A DNA stretch of 64,000 nt. It comes from an uncultured archaeon (GTDB taxonomy: Archaea > Aenigmatarchaeota > Aenigmatarchaeia > CG10238-14 > SCSR01). The translations under genes and the position numbers were made by a program. Shown here piece by piece: positions 38,608 to 47,151 of the stretch (its first letter is position 1; every line of letters starts with the position of its first letter). The DNA lies in NCBI GenBank assembly GCA_964537835.1, contig CAZICS010000002.1, positions 10,356-74,355 of the forward strand, read 5' to 3'. The notes below the pieces were generated by a model, which searched no databases, was not told the origin of the DNA, and saw only the letters and a list, made by a program, of their open reading frames with translations.

Positions 38608-39338
38608 TATACCCTTTTATACACTTCTTTAGCAAACCTATAAATATCTTTTGGTTTTTGTTCGAAGTGAGTGCTTATTACCGGCTTAGTTCCTAAATCA
38701 AGCAAGAGTTTCAATTCTTCCAAGCTCCTAATTCCACCGCCTGCATGAAGAACCTTGTCGCTTGATAAAATCTCTCTAGCTCTTTTTATTAATTTTATCC
38801 TTTTACTCACCGGTACCCTTGCTCCAGACCCTCCTTCTACGTAAACTCCATAACAAGCTTTATTCTTCTCTAGATAATTTTCTATGCAAGCTAAAGCATC
38901 CTCATCGCTTATCCTAGCAGCTCCTGTAAAATCTCCAACGCTCGTTCCCGGTCCTAGGATTAGATAGCCAAAATCTAGCTCATAAGGAGGAGAGTAAGTA
39001 TATAAAAATCTGGTTGCAAGCTTTCCAAGTTTTGTGTACAGGCGAGCAAGAGAGTTTTTAAAAGAAGGAGTTTTGTTCAGTAACTCTGGTCTTAGGATAT
39101 ACTTAGCATCTTTTCCAGCCAACGCATGCCAAACTTGTCCTGGAAATAAGTATCTTTCTTCCAAACCTTCTTTTTCAAGCTTTTTTAACCAAAAGCTTAT
39201 GGCTTTAGAAGAGCCTTTAGTAGTTCCAACCCAAAAATCACAAACCTCTTTAATCATTTCTTTATGCTTAACGGTTTCTTCAAACATTCTTTCTGCTAAT
39301 AAAGGCTTATCAGGGTCGTAGAGTATGCAAAATTTCAT
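38607..39338 (-). CDS. Geranylgeranylglyceryl phosphate synthase (PcrB/GGGPS family)
   Basis: YDPDKP N-terminal motif, YVEGGSG and GGGIRSLEE phosphate-binding motifs. Its stop overlaps the egsA start by 1 nt (shared base 38607). Confidence 0.75.
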   Translation of the reverse strand: MKFCILYDPDKPLLAERMFEETVKHKEMIKEVCDFWVGTTKGSSKAISFWLKKLEKEGLEERYLFPGQVWHALAGKDAKYILRPELLNKTPSFKNSLARLYTKLGKLATRFLYTYSPPYELDFGYLILGPGTSVGDFTGAARISDEDALACIENYLEKNKACYGVYVEGGSGARVPVSKRIKLIKRAREILSSDKVLHAGGGIRSLEELKLLLDLGTKPVISTHFEQKPKDIYRFAKEVYKRV

Positions 39339-39413
39339 CGGATAGATATTCGATTTAAAAATTTTAAATCTTCTGGTACCAAGGATTTAAGGTTTACTCC
39401 AATTATTAGAAAT

Positions 39414-40553
39414 ATGAGCCTAAGCTTGAGGCTTAGAAACAAGCTAGAGATTTTCGGTCTTGGAGTAAAATATGGGAAGAATGCAAAAATTATTGGCAAA
39501 AAATATAACCTTCAAAACTTGATCGGAGCCAGGGAAGCTGAAAAAATTATCGAAAGGCTTTATGCTCAAGAGCATGAAATTTTAAAGATTATTAAGAGAA
39601 AGCTTAAAGAAACTAGACCGCCTTGGTTTATCAGAAACATAACCCTTTCTGCCTATGCTTCCAACCAAAATTATGAAAAAACTTTTTCTGAGGAATGTTT
39701 ATACGACATGATAACAGGGAGTGCATTCCTTTATCCAGGAGGGGATTCAGAAGATGATTTTTGCGATAGCTATCTGGAAAGTTTTATCAATTCAAACGAA
39801 AAATATGAGAGAATCTTGGATTTGTTAAGGGATGCTAAAAATTTAATTAGAATTTCTTCAAGGAATAGAGAAGCATCGAATTTGGCTAAAGCTGCTCATT
39901 ACTTGCTTACTGAAGGTTCAAGGAGGCTTAGAAGAAGAAGTAAAAGGGCTTTTGAAGAGTATTCGAGAAGAAAAAGAGAAAAATTAGACCCCATACAAGC
40001 AAAAGATTTTTACTACAGATTTTGTTTAAGAAAAGGAAGAATAGAAGAAGTGAGAAAGAACTTAGTCTCTCTCGAAAAAATTTTAGAAACCCAAAAAAAG
40101 CTTGGAGAAATAGGGGCTACATGGGCTGTGGTAAGCCATTTGTTGGCTGGTGGAGAGGAAAGATACTTAAAAGATTTGGAGAAATTTTACTTGAACGGAA
40201 CAAGCCTTTTAAATTTGGCCGCAGATGACTTAAAAGAAATAGAGGAAGATTTTGCTTATGATCCTAAAAGTAAGGTTGGGATAAAAAATCCTGCAAACGT
40301 TTTGGCTCTTAAGATGGTCTCAGAAGGTTATGATTATTTAAGCTTGAGAAAGTTGAAGAATTACCTGAAGGAAAATGCAACTGAAATTTCTAGGATGATG
40401 TTGTTGTATGCAGAAAATTTAGAGAATAGCTATGAAAACTTAAAGGATTCTCCGTATAAAGAAGATTTACCTTACGTGGTTGGTTTTATGAAAGAGATTG
40501 TTGAAAGAGAGGTTAAAAAATTCGAGAAGAAGTTCAAGATTAAAGTAAAGTAA
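39414..40553 (+). CDS. Hypothetical all-helical soluble protein embedded in the ether-lipid gene cluster
   Basis: Long ORF with a charged helical composition. No canonical DDxxD or other motif recognised. Confidence 0.45.
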   Translation: MSLSLRLRNKLEIFGLGVKYGKNAKIIGKKYNLQNLIGAREAEKIIERLYAQEHEILKIIKRKLKETRPPWFIRNITLSAYASNQNYEKTFSEECLYDMITGSAFLYPGGDSEDDFCDSYLESFINSNEKYERILDLLRDAKNLIRISSRNREASNLAKAAHYLLTEGSRRLRRRSKRAFEEYSRRKREKLDPIQAKDFYYRFCLRKGRIEEVRKNLVSLEKILETQKKLGEIGATWAVVSHLLAGGEERYLKDLEKFYLNGTSLLNLAADDLKEIEEDFAYDPKSKVGIKNPANVLALKMVSEGYDYLSLRKLKNYLKENATEISRMMLLYAENLENSYENLKDSPYKEDLPYVVGFMKEIVEREVKKFEKKFKIKVK

Positions 40554-40569
40554 TGGTCTAAGCTTACTT

Positions 40570-41742
40570 TTAACTATTAGACTCTCTCTTAGAATTATTC
40601 ATTTCGGTTTTTTTCTTGATGGCAGCTAGGAAAGTTTTAAGTTTCAGCTTACCTTCAAAGAGTTGGTCAATTAGTTCGGGTTTTCCTTCAGCTATATCAA
40701 AAAGAAAGTCCAAAACACTTTTGTTGTAAAAGTTTTCTATACCATCTTTAGGAATTACTATTTTTTCACCAAATTCCTCAACCCATTTCTTATCAAAATC
40801 TTCAAAGGAAGAATTGGTAATGTAAAGCTTTGCAGCAAGCTCCCCTGTTATCATCGCATAAGTAAGACCATCTCCTTCTAAAGGATGGACAAAACCACCT
40901 TCTTCTCCTATTATTACCCAATTTTTATCGCAATGCTTTGATTTGAAAAATTCTGCAGTTTTTGGACTAACTATTAGTGCAGCTCTCTCTTCTATATACT
41001 TTGGTTTTCTAATTTTTTCCTTAAGAAGTGGATGAACCTGAAGCAATTCATTCAAAGATTTTTTAAGATTCCCCTTGTATTCTACCTCGCATCCCAATCC
41101 TACCAAAACATAATCCTCTTTTGGAATAAGCCAACCATAACCCTTTCCAACATATTTATCATCGAGGAAAAGCAGGTACCAACCATCTTCAAAATACTCA
41201 TCTATATATTCCTTTTCAAACCCTAGTTTGAGGTCATAAGTCTTGCTAAGATGCTTTATCGGAAATGCCCCTATTTTTTTCTTTCTTAAGATTCCATTGA
41301 CCCCACCAGCTCCTACAGCATTTTCGACTTTAAATTCTCCCTCTTTAGTAGAAAGTATAAATCCCCCTCTTTTCTCTTCTACATCGTTTACCTTAAGCTT
41401 TTTCCATTCAGCTCCTTCATCCAATGCTTTTTCTAGTAAAAACCAATCAAATTTTTTTCTCGAAACTGAGCCGTGAGTTTTTTTATAAGTCCATCTAATC
41501 TTCTTGTAGGTAGGCGAGTACACTTCGCAAAAATTTAAATCCCTTTCGATTATATCAACAGGGACTGTATATCTCGATAAAAGAGTTGAACTTAAGATGC
41601 CTCCGCAAACTTTTTCTCTTGGTTGAGTATGGTCGAATATTATTACATCAACACCTTTTCTAGCTAGATAATAGGCACAAGTACTCCCTGCGGGCCCTCC
41701 TCCTATTATCCCAACTTCGTATTTCTTTCTCATACTCCTCAC
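40570..41742 (-). CDS. Geranylgeranyl reductase family flavoprotein
   Basis: FAD motif YEVGIIGGGPAGSTCAYYLARKG followed by CGG. About 390 aa. Confidence 0.8.
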   Translation of the reverse strand: MRSMRKKYEVGIIGGGPAGSTCAYYLARKGVDVIIFDHTQPREKVCGGILSSTLLSRYTVPVDIIERDLNFCEVYSPTYKKIRWTYKKTHGSVSRKKFDWFLLEKALDEGAEWKKLKVNDVEEKRGGFILSTKEGEFKVENAVGAGGVNGILRKKKIGAFPIKHLSKTYDLKLGFEKEYIDEYFEDGWYLLFLDDKYVGKGYGWLIPKEDYVLVGLGCEVEYKGNLKKSLNELLQVHPLLKEKIRKPKYIEERAALIVSPKTAEFFKSKHCDKNWVIIGEEGGFVHPLEGDGLTYAMITGELAAKLYITNSSFEDFDKKWVEEFGEKIVIPKDGIENFYNKSVLDFLFDIAEGKPELIDQLFEGKLKLKTFLAAIKKKTEMNNSKRESNS

Positions 41743-41764
41743 AGAGATTAAGGTAGTTAAAAAA

Positions 41765-42289
41765 TTAATCTTTTTCGACTATGTGATATTTGCAGTATTT
41801 GTCTCCTTCACTCATTCTTTTAAGTGGTATAAGCTTGAACTTAGGTCCGAAAAGTCTCTCTACTATACCTCTATTGTATTCCTCACACATTTTACAAATG
41901 AAGGGTTCGTGAAACTTCTTTATTATTTCGTTGAATGGGCAATTTACGATGAATGCATGAGTTTCTCCTTTTTCATCCTTTACTATTTTTAGGTCTAACC
42001 CAAGAAGCATTCCAGCTAGCCGTGTAAGCCTTTTCCTGTTCTTGAAAGTTTTTTTCATGTTGAAAAGCTTTTCCAACCTTTTTATATCATTCTTCCCTAA
42101 TTCTCTTATTTCTCTCGAGATTACTCTCGCAGCAATACCATAACCCATTGAATTGATCAAATGCTTGGCTAGGATGCATATTATATTTCCTAAAGTAATG
42201 CTCGTCGATCTAATCTTTTCTTTTTCTGGTACTTTTGAAAAAATTTTTTCCATTAAGTTTTTCTCCTTTTTATTCTCCTTAAATTCCAT
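41765..42289 (-). CDS. Hypothetical protein, possibly V4R-like Cys-containing small-molecule-binding domain
   Basis: C-terminal CPFNE...CKMCEEYNRGIVERLFG...CKYHI pattern. The assignment is weak. Confidence 0.3.
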   Translation of the reverse strand: MEFKENKKEKNLMEKIFSKVPEKEKIRSTSITLGNIICILAKHLINSMGYGIAARVISREIRELGKNDIKRLEKLFNMKKTFKNRKRLTRLAGMLLGLDLKIVKDEKGETHAFIVNCPFNEIIKKFHEPFICKMCEEYNRGIVERLFGPKFKLIPLKRMSEGDKYCKYHIVEKD

Positions 42290-42320
42290 CCTCTCACTTC
42301 TAAAGTGTTTTTAGATAAAT

Positions 42321-42872
42321 TTATTTCTTTTTCTCGAACGCTGGGCAGCTTGGACATCTTTCTTCATCATCAAATCTTAACCCGCAAGGTGCATACTCTG
42401 GATCATAGGGATAGAAAAATCTTAGGGGCAGATACTTCGGGACTATAATTGAATTGCTTATGTTTACTTCCACATGCCTAATTCCAGGCTCTGACCTTAT
42501 TTGCTTGTTTAAAAACTCTTCAAGCTGAGCAATATCCCTAGCAACCATGTTGATTATTAAATTATGATTTCCTGAAGTTTTTGCTAAATGAAAAACTAAA
42601 GGGCAATTTCTCAACTTTCTTACTATCAGATTAACTCCATCAGCATCAGCTTCTACTCCAATACAAGCACTCAACGGATAAAGATTTTCTGGATTTATCA
42701 AGGCACTTATGGTTATAACCTTCTTTTTTATTAACCTATCAACCCTCTCTTTAACTGCAGCAGGAGTTACCTTAAGCTTTTTTGCCAGCTCTGTAAGCTT
42801 AATCCTCCCATTCTTCAAAAGTTCTGAGATTATAAACCTATTGGTTTCATCTAAAAAATTTTTAGATTTCAT
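42321..42872 (-). CDS. Lrp/AsnC-type HTH regulator with C-terminal Cys-rich extension
   Basis: HTH IISELLKNGRIKLTELAKKLKVTPAAVKERVDRL, a RAM-like domain and a C-terminal CGLRFDDEERCPSCP. Confidence 0.7.
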   Translation of the reverse strand: MKSKNFLDETNRFIISELLKNGRIKLTELAKKLKVTPAAVKERVDRLIKKKVITISALINPENLYPLSACIGVEADADGVNLIVRKLRNCPLVFHLAKTSGNHNLIINMVARDIAQLEEFLNKQIRSEPGIRHVEVNISNSIIVPKYLPLRFFYPYDPEYAPCGLRFDDEERCPSCPAFEKKK

Positions 42873-42971
42873 AATTTTTCACTAAAAATTTTTCTAACTT
42901 TAAATATTTAAATTTTACTTTTTATAGGAAAAGCTTAAATACTCTAAAAATGTTTAAATATACACGAGAAG

Positions 42972-43472
42972 ATGGAAGTAATAAATGAAACACAGATTTG
43001 CAAATTGTGCTTAGAACCTTATACAACATTTATTTGTGTAGATTGCTTGACAAGAGATATTAAAAAATTCCTGTTTTCAGATAATCCAGAGCTTAGGAAA
43101 GAATTTGAATCCTTCCATAAAAAATTTTCAAAATTCTTTTTATTAACTAGTCCAGAAAAAAAAGTAAAATGCATAAGGTGTAAAAGGTATTTTGATGTGA
43201 TGGTTTGTCCCTATTGCTACCTAAATGAACTTTTCTGGTGGCTTTTTGAAAAAGATATAAATTTAGCTAGAAAATTAGCTCAATTCTTTAACTTCGATTT
43301 TTTAGGTACTGGTTATGTCTTAAAATTAAGGAAAGTTGAACCTATAATAATAGCCGAGGAGAAGGAAAAAGATTTGGAAATTGGGATTTGTGAAGCTTGT
43401 GGTCAAGCTTATGATGGACTGAAAAAAATCGAAGGAAAATGGTTATGCGAAAGTTGTAGGGATGAGATTTAA
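42972..43472 (+). CDS. Hypothetical multi-zinc-ribbon protein
   Basis: Three CxxC...CxxC pairs: CKLC..CVDC, CIRC..CPYC and CEAC..CESC. Confidence 0.5.
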   Translation: MEVINETQICKLCLEPYTTFICVDCLTRDIKKFLFSDNPELRKEFESFHKKFSKFFLLTSPEKKVKCIRCKRYFDVMVCPYCYLNELFWWLFEKDINLARKLAQFFNFDFLGTGYVLKLRKVEPIIIAEEKEKDLEIGICEACGQAYDGLKKIEGKWLCESCRDEI

Positions 43473-43554
43473 AATTTTTACATTTAGAAAAATTCGAGTT
43501 AGATAAATTGTAAAATTCCGCTTGAGTCACTTATTTTTGTTCTTGAAAATTTTC

Positions 43555-43809
43555 TTAACTAACCGCTAGCTTTCTTATTTCTATTAACAATCTTTCTATA
43601 ATTTTTAGTCTTTCTATCAAAGTTTCATTCTGAATCTTCAAGCTTTCCATTTGAGTTAAGATTAAATCCATCTTCGCTTTAAGATTTTCTAGAGTTGCCG
43701 GTTCTAAGCTTGTTTCTAAAGCCTTTTCCTCTGGAATTTCAGGCAGTTCTTCTATTGGTTCTTCTTTCTTCCTTCTAAAGATACCCTTCATCTTTGAAAA
43801 TATTCCCAT
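43555..43809 (-). CDS. Small coiled-coil protein with basic amphipathic N-terminus (unknown function)
   Basis: MGIFSKMKGIFRRKKEEP..., then an acidic linker, then heptad-like LENLKAKMDLILTQMESLKIQNETLIERLKIIERLLIEIRKL. Its start overlaps the upstream stop by 1 nt. Confidence 0.55.
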   Translation of the reverse strand: MGIFSKMKGIFRRKKEEPIEELPEIPEEKALETSLEPATLENLKAKMDLILTQMESLKIQNETLIERLKIIERLLIEIRKLAVS

Positions 43810-44324
43810 TATCTTACCCTCTCAGATACAGGCAATTTGAATAGAGCTCTTAATTCTAAGTGCAATTCTTCAATAAGTCTATTACACAAATGAATATAAC
43901 TTCTTTTTACTTCTTCATAAAAAAGCTTGTGATAAACCCATACAAAAGCTTTGTAAAGAGGAGAACGTTGGAAAAATGATTTTAAATCATACTCGGTTCT
44001 TAGTCTTCCGCTTATTCTAATAGTTACCTTACCCTTTTTACTTGGATCAGAAGGTTGCAAGCCCTGAATAGTTATTTCAATCATCATTCCAGTCCTTGCA
44101 TCTATCCCTTTCCTTACATACATTCTCATATAAAAAGGTCTTGGGTCAGAGCTTATATCCCACCTAAAATCTCTTTCCCATAGATCTATAGTTTCAACTT
44201 GGAAAATCCTTCCAAGCATTCCTCTTAAAACTCTACAAACCCTAAAAGGATCAGGGCCGCTATATTCGATAGTTAAAGTCCTTTCTGGGGCTAGGCAATC
44301 ATCTTCGAAAACCCAGCGTGGCAT
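43809..44324 (-). CDS. Uncharacterised protein, paralog B of a tandem pair
   Basis: Shares the motifs DDCLA, Y.GP[DN]P, ERDF.WD, GK..IRI.GR[IL]RTEY and YH[KR]L.YEE with the upstream gene. The two genes abut with no intergenic gap. Confidence 0.6.
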   Translation of the reverse strand: MPRWVFEDDCLAPERTLTIEYSGPDPFRVCRVLRGMLGRIFQVETIDLWERDFRWDISSDPRPFYMRMYVRKGIDARTGMMIEITIQGLQPSDPSKKGKVTIRISGRLRTEYDLKSFFQRSPLYKAFVWVYHKLFYEEVKRSYIHLCNRLIEELHLELRALFKLPVSERVR

Positions 44325-44879
44325 TTATCTCTCCCTTGGAAGAATATTGAGGAAAGCTTTTAGCTCATCTTGAAACCTTAGAAGCCATTCCCTGCATTGA
44401 TTTTTGTATCTTTGTCTTTTCTCTTCATAGATTAGCCTATGATACAAAACTCTAAACATTTCATAGAATAAGCTTCTTTGCCAAAGAGTATCCTGAGGAT
44501 ATTCTGTTCTTATCCTTCCCTCTATCCTTATCTTTGCCTTTCCTTCCCTTCCAAATTCCTTGCTTGGTCGGGCTTCACCTTCTAGAGTAACTATTACCTG
44601 AATAAAAGAAAATCTATCCATATCCTTTATGAGTTCAAACCTTACCCTAAACTTTTCTCCTGCTTCACTCTTATCCCAAACAAAGTCTCTTTCTTGCAAT
44701 TCCCCAGGATCGTGCCTAAAAATTGTTGCAAAAAGCTCTTTTATTTTTTCATACAAACGCTGAGGATTTGGACCTTCGTAAGTTAAAAGCAAGTAAGGAA
44801 CTCCAGGTAAAACGCTTCCTGGAGCAGTAGCTAAACAATCATCATGTATAACTAGCTTAGTTCTTGCAAACACTGGCAT
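44325..44879 (-). CDS. Uncharacterised protein, paralog A of a tandem pair
   Basis: As above. It is the first gene of the minus-strand operon. Confidence 0.6.
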   Translation of the reverse strand: MPVFARTKLVIHDDCLATAPGSVLPGVPYLLLTYEGPNPQRLYEKIKELFATIFRHDPGELQERDFVWDKSEAGEKFRVRFELIKDMDRFSFIQVIVTLEGEARPSKEFGREGKAKIRIEGRIRTEYPQDTLWQRSLFYEMFRVLYHRLIYEEKRQRYKNQCREWLLRFQDELKAFLNILPRER

Positions 44880-44910
44880 ATTTAAAATTTGGTTTTAAGA
44901 AACTAAAAAG

Positions 44911-44918
44911 TTATAAAT
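44911..44918. promoter_or_regulatory. Candidate bidirectional TATA box (TTATAAAT) in the 59-bp divergent intergenic region
   Basis: A-rich BRE-like tracts lie on both sides (AAAAAG upstream on +, CCAAAA upstream on -). The element centre is about 25 nt from ATG 44939 (+) and about 35 nt from ATG 44879 (-). Confidence 0.4.
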
Positions 44919-44938
44919 TTTTGGTAGAAATTTTATTC

Positions 44939-45148
44939 ATGCTCGAAAAGCTTGAAAAAATTTTAGAATTGATTAAATTGGTAACCTTACCGCCTCTAAT
45001 TTCTAAGCTTCTGGGAGCAATCCTAATGTTTTTTGGAAGCATTTTTATCTTTGGCTTAGTTTATGCTGGAAATCAGAAAAACTTTTTATTCCAGCTTTTC
45101 TTCGGACCGATATTTATTTATCTTGGATGGGAGTTACTTAAATTATGA
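44939..45148 (+). CDS. Small two-TM membrane protein (69 aa)
   Basis: MLEKLEKILELIKLVTLPPLISKLLGAILMFFGSIFIFGLVY...FFGPIFIYLGWELLKL. The ORF-track start at 44864 is a TTG inside the opposite gene. Confidence 0.5.
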   Translation: MLEKLEKILELIKLVTLPPLISKLLGAILMFFGSIFIFGLVYAGNQKNFLFQLFFGPIFIYLGWELLKL

Positions 45149-45309
45149 TAAACAAGATAGCCGGAGGATTTTTATTTTTCATTGGTTTGCTAATAGTAGT
45201 TAAGTTTCCTTTTACTGGCTCTAAATACCAACCATTTGAAATGCAAAGAGCAGGAGTATTGTTTGGAATACTTTTGATGATAATTGGTTTAGTTTTGCTT
45301 CGACTATAA
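45145..45309 (+). CDS. Small two-TM membrane protein (54 aa), below the ORF-track cutoff
   Basis: Hand translation gives MINKIAGGFLFFIGLLIVVKFPFTGSKYQPFEMQRAGVLFGILLMIIGLVLLRL*. It has an ATGA overlap with the preceding gene. Confidence 0.5.
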   Translation: MINKIAGGFLFFIGLLIVVKFPFTGSKYQPFEMQRAGVLFGILLMIIGLVLLRL

Positions 45310-45311
45310 TT

Positions 45312-47150
45312 TTGAATAATAAGATTTCAAAAAAACAAATTTATATTATGCCAATAATTATTCCAGAATTTCCTGCACCAAGACCATGGTTTGTTATCCC
45401 TCCAGAGAGACCAGAGGCTAAACTCAAGTTTGAGCTAGGAGAGCTAATAAACGCTGTTCCTTATGAAGGGGAGATGCTCCTAGATTTTACTTCTTCCTTA
45501 GGAAAAGTTAGCGAAGTTTTTTATGCTCTATCTTTTCAACTACCAAAATGGGGATTTTTTACTGCAAAAATAGAAGAAAGTATTTTTGTATCTCCTGTTT
45601 TTAGAGAATACTATGAGATGACTCTAAGACAAAAAGAAGCTTTGGAAGCAAGAATTAAAGAGGGTTTAGCAAGTGTTGCAAGAGCCATTTCAGATTTTGA
45701 GCTAGCTTTGCATGATTTGAGAAGGTATAAGGAATACATGAATCATTTTCTTAAAATTGAAAAAGGAAAAAGACTGATTAAAGAAGGAAAAAAAGAAGAA
45801 GGAGAAAAGCTTGTAAGAGAAGCAGAACAAACTCTTAAAGCAATTTTTATAGATCAAGTTGATGTTCACACAGGAGAAGGGATTGCTTTAAAGCTAATTG
45901 CTCCAAGATGGCCTACTATTATAGCTGATTTCATGAAGTTAACTGACGAGGATACAGACCCAAAAGAAATTGCTAAAAAATATGGGGTTTCTGAGGCCCA
46001 AGGCGTTGTTCTAGCCACTAAAAACAAGCTTTACAAGGAATGGAGAGAGATGTTCAAGAAAAATGTGAGAGAAAGATATAAAAGGATTTTAAGCGTGGTT
46101 GAAATGAGGAAAGCTTCTATAGAGGAATATAGAGAGATGCTTAAACCAACCATTGCAAGGTATAAAATGATTACAGATGCCCTCAGTACTCCTCCTGGAA
46201 GAGCAGGCATATTAAAAACTGCCCACATGAGGCCGGATGCTCAAGCAATTTCTGTGGATAAAGTTACCCTTTGGGCCTGGAAACCATTTCAGGTTGCTGA
46301 AAAGTATAAGATTACTAGAGAATACTTTGACCAAATTCCAGTTTCGAAGGCAGGCTTTACTAGGAGCGAGATTTTGGAGATTAAAAAGCATTTGGGAGAA
46401 AAATGGGACGAAAAAGTTTCTGGATTGCCTCAAGAACCTTCCATAGATAGGGTTGTTAGAGCCTTTATTCCAATAATAGAAAAAGAATATGGAGTTGAGA
46501 TAACAGCTTATGATTTATATAAAGCTAGGGAAATGCTTTTGGATCAATTTAGAAAATCTTTGCCAGCTCTAGGCGGAAAAGAACCATGGGTTTTTAGCCC
46601 ATACTTCACTTTTATTTGCATTCCGATGGAAAGAACTGTTCTAAGATTGCCCAATGGCGCTCAAGTCGAAGATTTGTGGATAGAGAATTTGTATGCCGCA
46701 ACCAGAACTCAGAACTTGATACTCGTTAATTGTTTGGAGCTTATAGCAAGGGATAAGCAGTTGGAGCAGTACATAAACAGAATGCTTGGAGAGATGGGGG
46801 AAAAGGAAGGGAAAATTCTCTCGATAGAAAAAATAGTTGAAGAAAGATATAAGGAAGTTTACAAAACTCTTGAAGAGATAGAAAAAGAAGAGAAAGAAAG
46901 AGAGCTAAAGGAAAAATTGGAGAAAGCTGAGGAATCTAGGAAAAGGTTTAAGGAATTAGGTAAGAAAATTAGATTGGGTATAGGAAAGTTCTTCGCAACT
47001 TTTGGCCTAGAGCTTCGATTCTTTAGAGCTGTGGGGCCTTACGAGTTTGCCATGCACCATAGGCTTGCAAAATATCATCAAAGGGAGACGGGAGGGAATT
47101 TTGCAAGAATAGTTAGATACTTGAAGAAAAGTTTTGGGGTGCCCGGTTAG
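45312..47150 (+). CDS. Large uncharacterised, largely helical protein (about 600 aa)
   Basis: Uninterrupted 612-codon ORF; an alternative ATG lies at 45348. Pro-rich N-terminus PIIIPEFPAPRPWFVIPPERP, long predicted coiled-coil stretches and a KE-rich segment near the C-terminus. No NTP-binding or catalytic motif recognised. Confidence 0.6.
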   Translation: MNNKISKKQIYIMPIIIPEFPAPRPWFVIPPERPEAKLKFELGELINAVPYEGEMLLDFTSSLGKVSEVFYALSFQLPKWGFFTAKIEESIFVSPVFREYYEMTLRQKEALEARIKEGLASVARAISDFELALHDLRRYKEYMNHFLKIEKGKRLIKEGKKEEGEKLVREAEQTLKAIFIDQVDVHTGEGIALKLIAPRWPTIIADFMKLTDEDTDPKEIAKKYGVSEAQGVVLATKNKLYKEWREMFKKNVRERYKRILSVVEMRKASIEEYREMLKPTIARYKMITDALSTPPGRAGILKTAHMRPDAQAISVDKVTLWAWKPFQVAEKYKITREYFDQIPVSKAGFTRSEILEIKKHLGEKWDEKVSGLPQEPSIDRVVRAFIPIIEKEYGVEITAYDLYKAREMLLDQFRKSLPALGGKEPWVFSPYFTFICIPMERTVLRLPNGAQVEDLWIENLYAATRTQNLILVNCLELIARDKQLEQYINRMLGEMGEKEGKILSIEKIVEERYKEVYKTLEEIEKEEKERELKEKLEKAEESRKRFKELGKKIRLGIGKFFATFGLELRFFRAVGPYEFAMHHRLAKYHQRETGGNFARIVRYLKKSFGVPG

Positions 47151-47151
47151 T

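Noticed and set aside
39414-40553. Calling the 379-aa protein a polyprenyl or terpene synthase because of its lipid-gene neighbours and acidic patches.
   Set aside because: Neither acidic patch fits DDxx(xx)D or the (N/D)Dxx(S/T)xxxE motif. Context alone is insufficient, so it is left as hypothetical.
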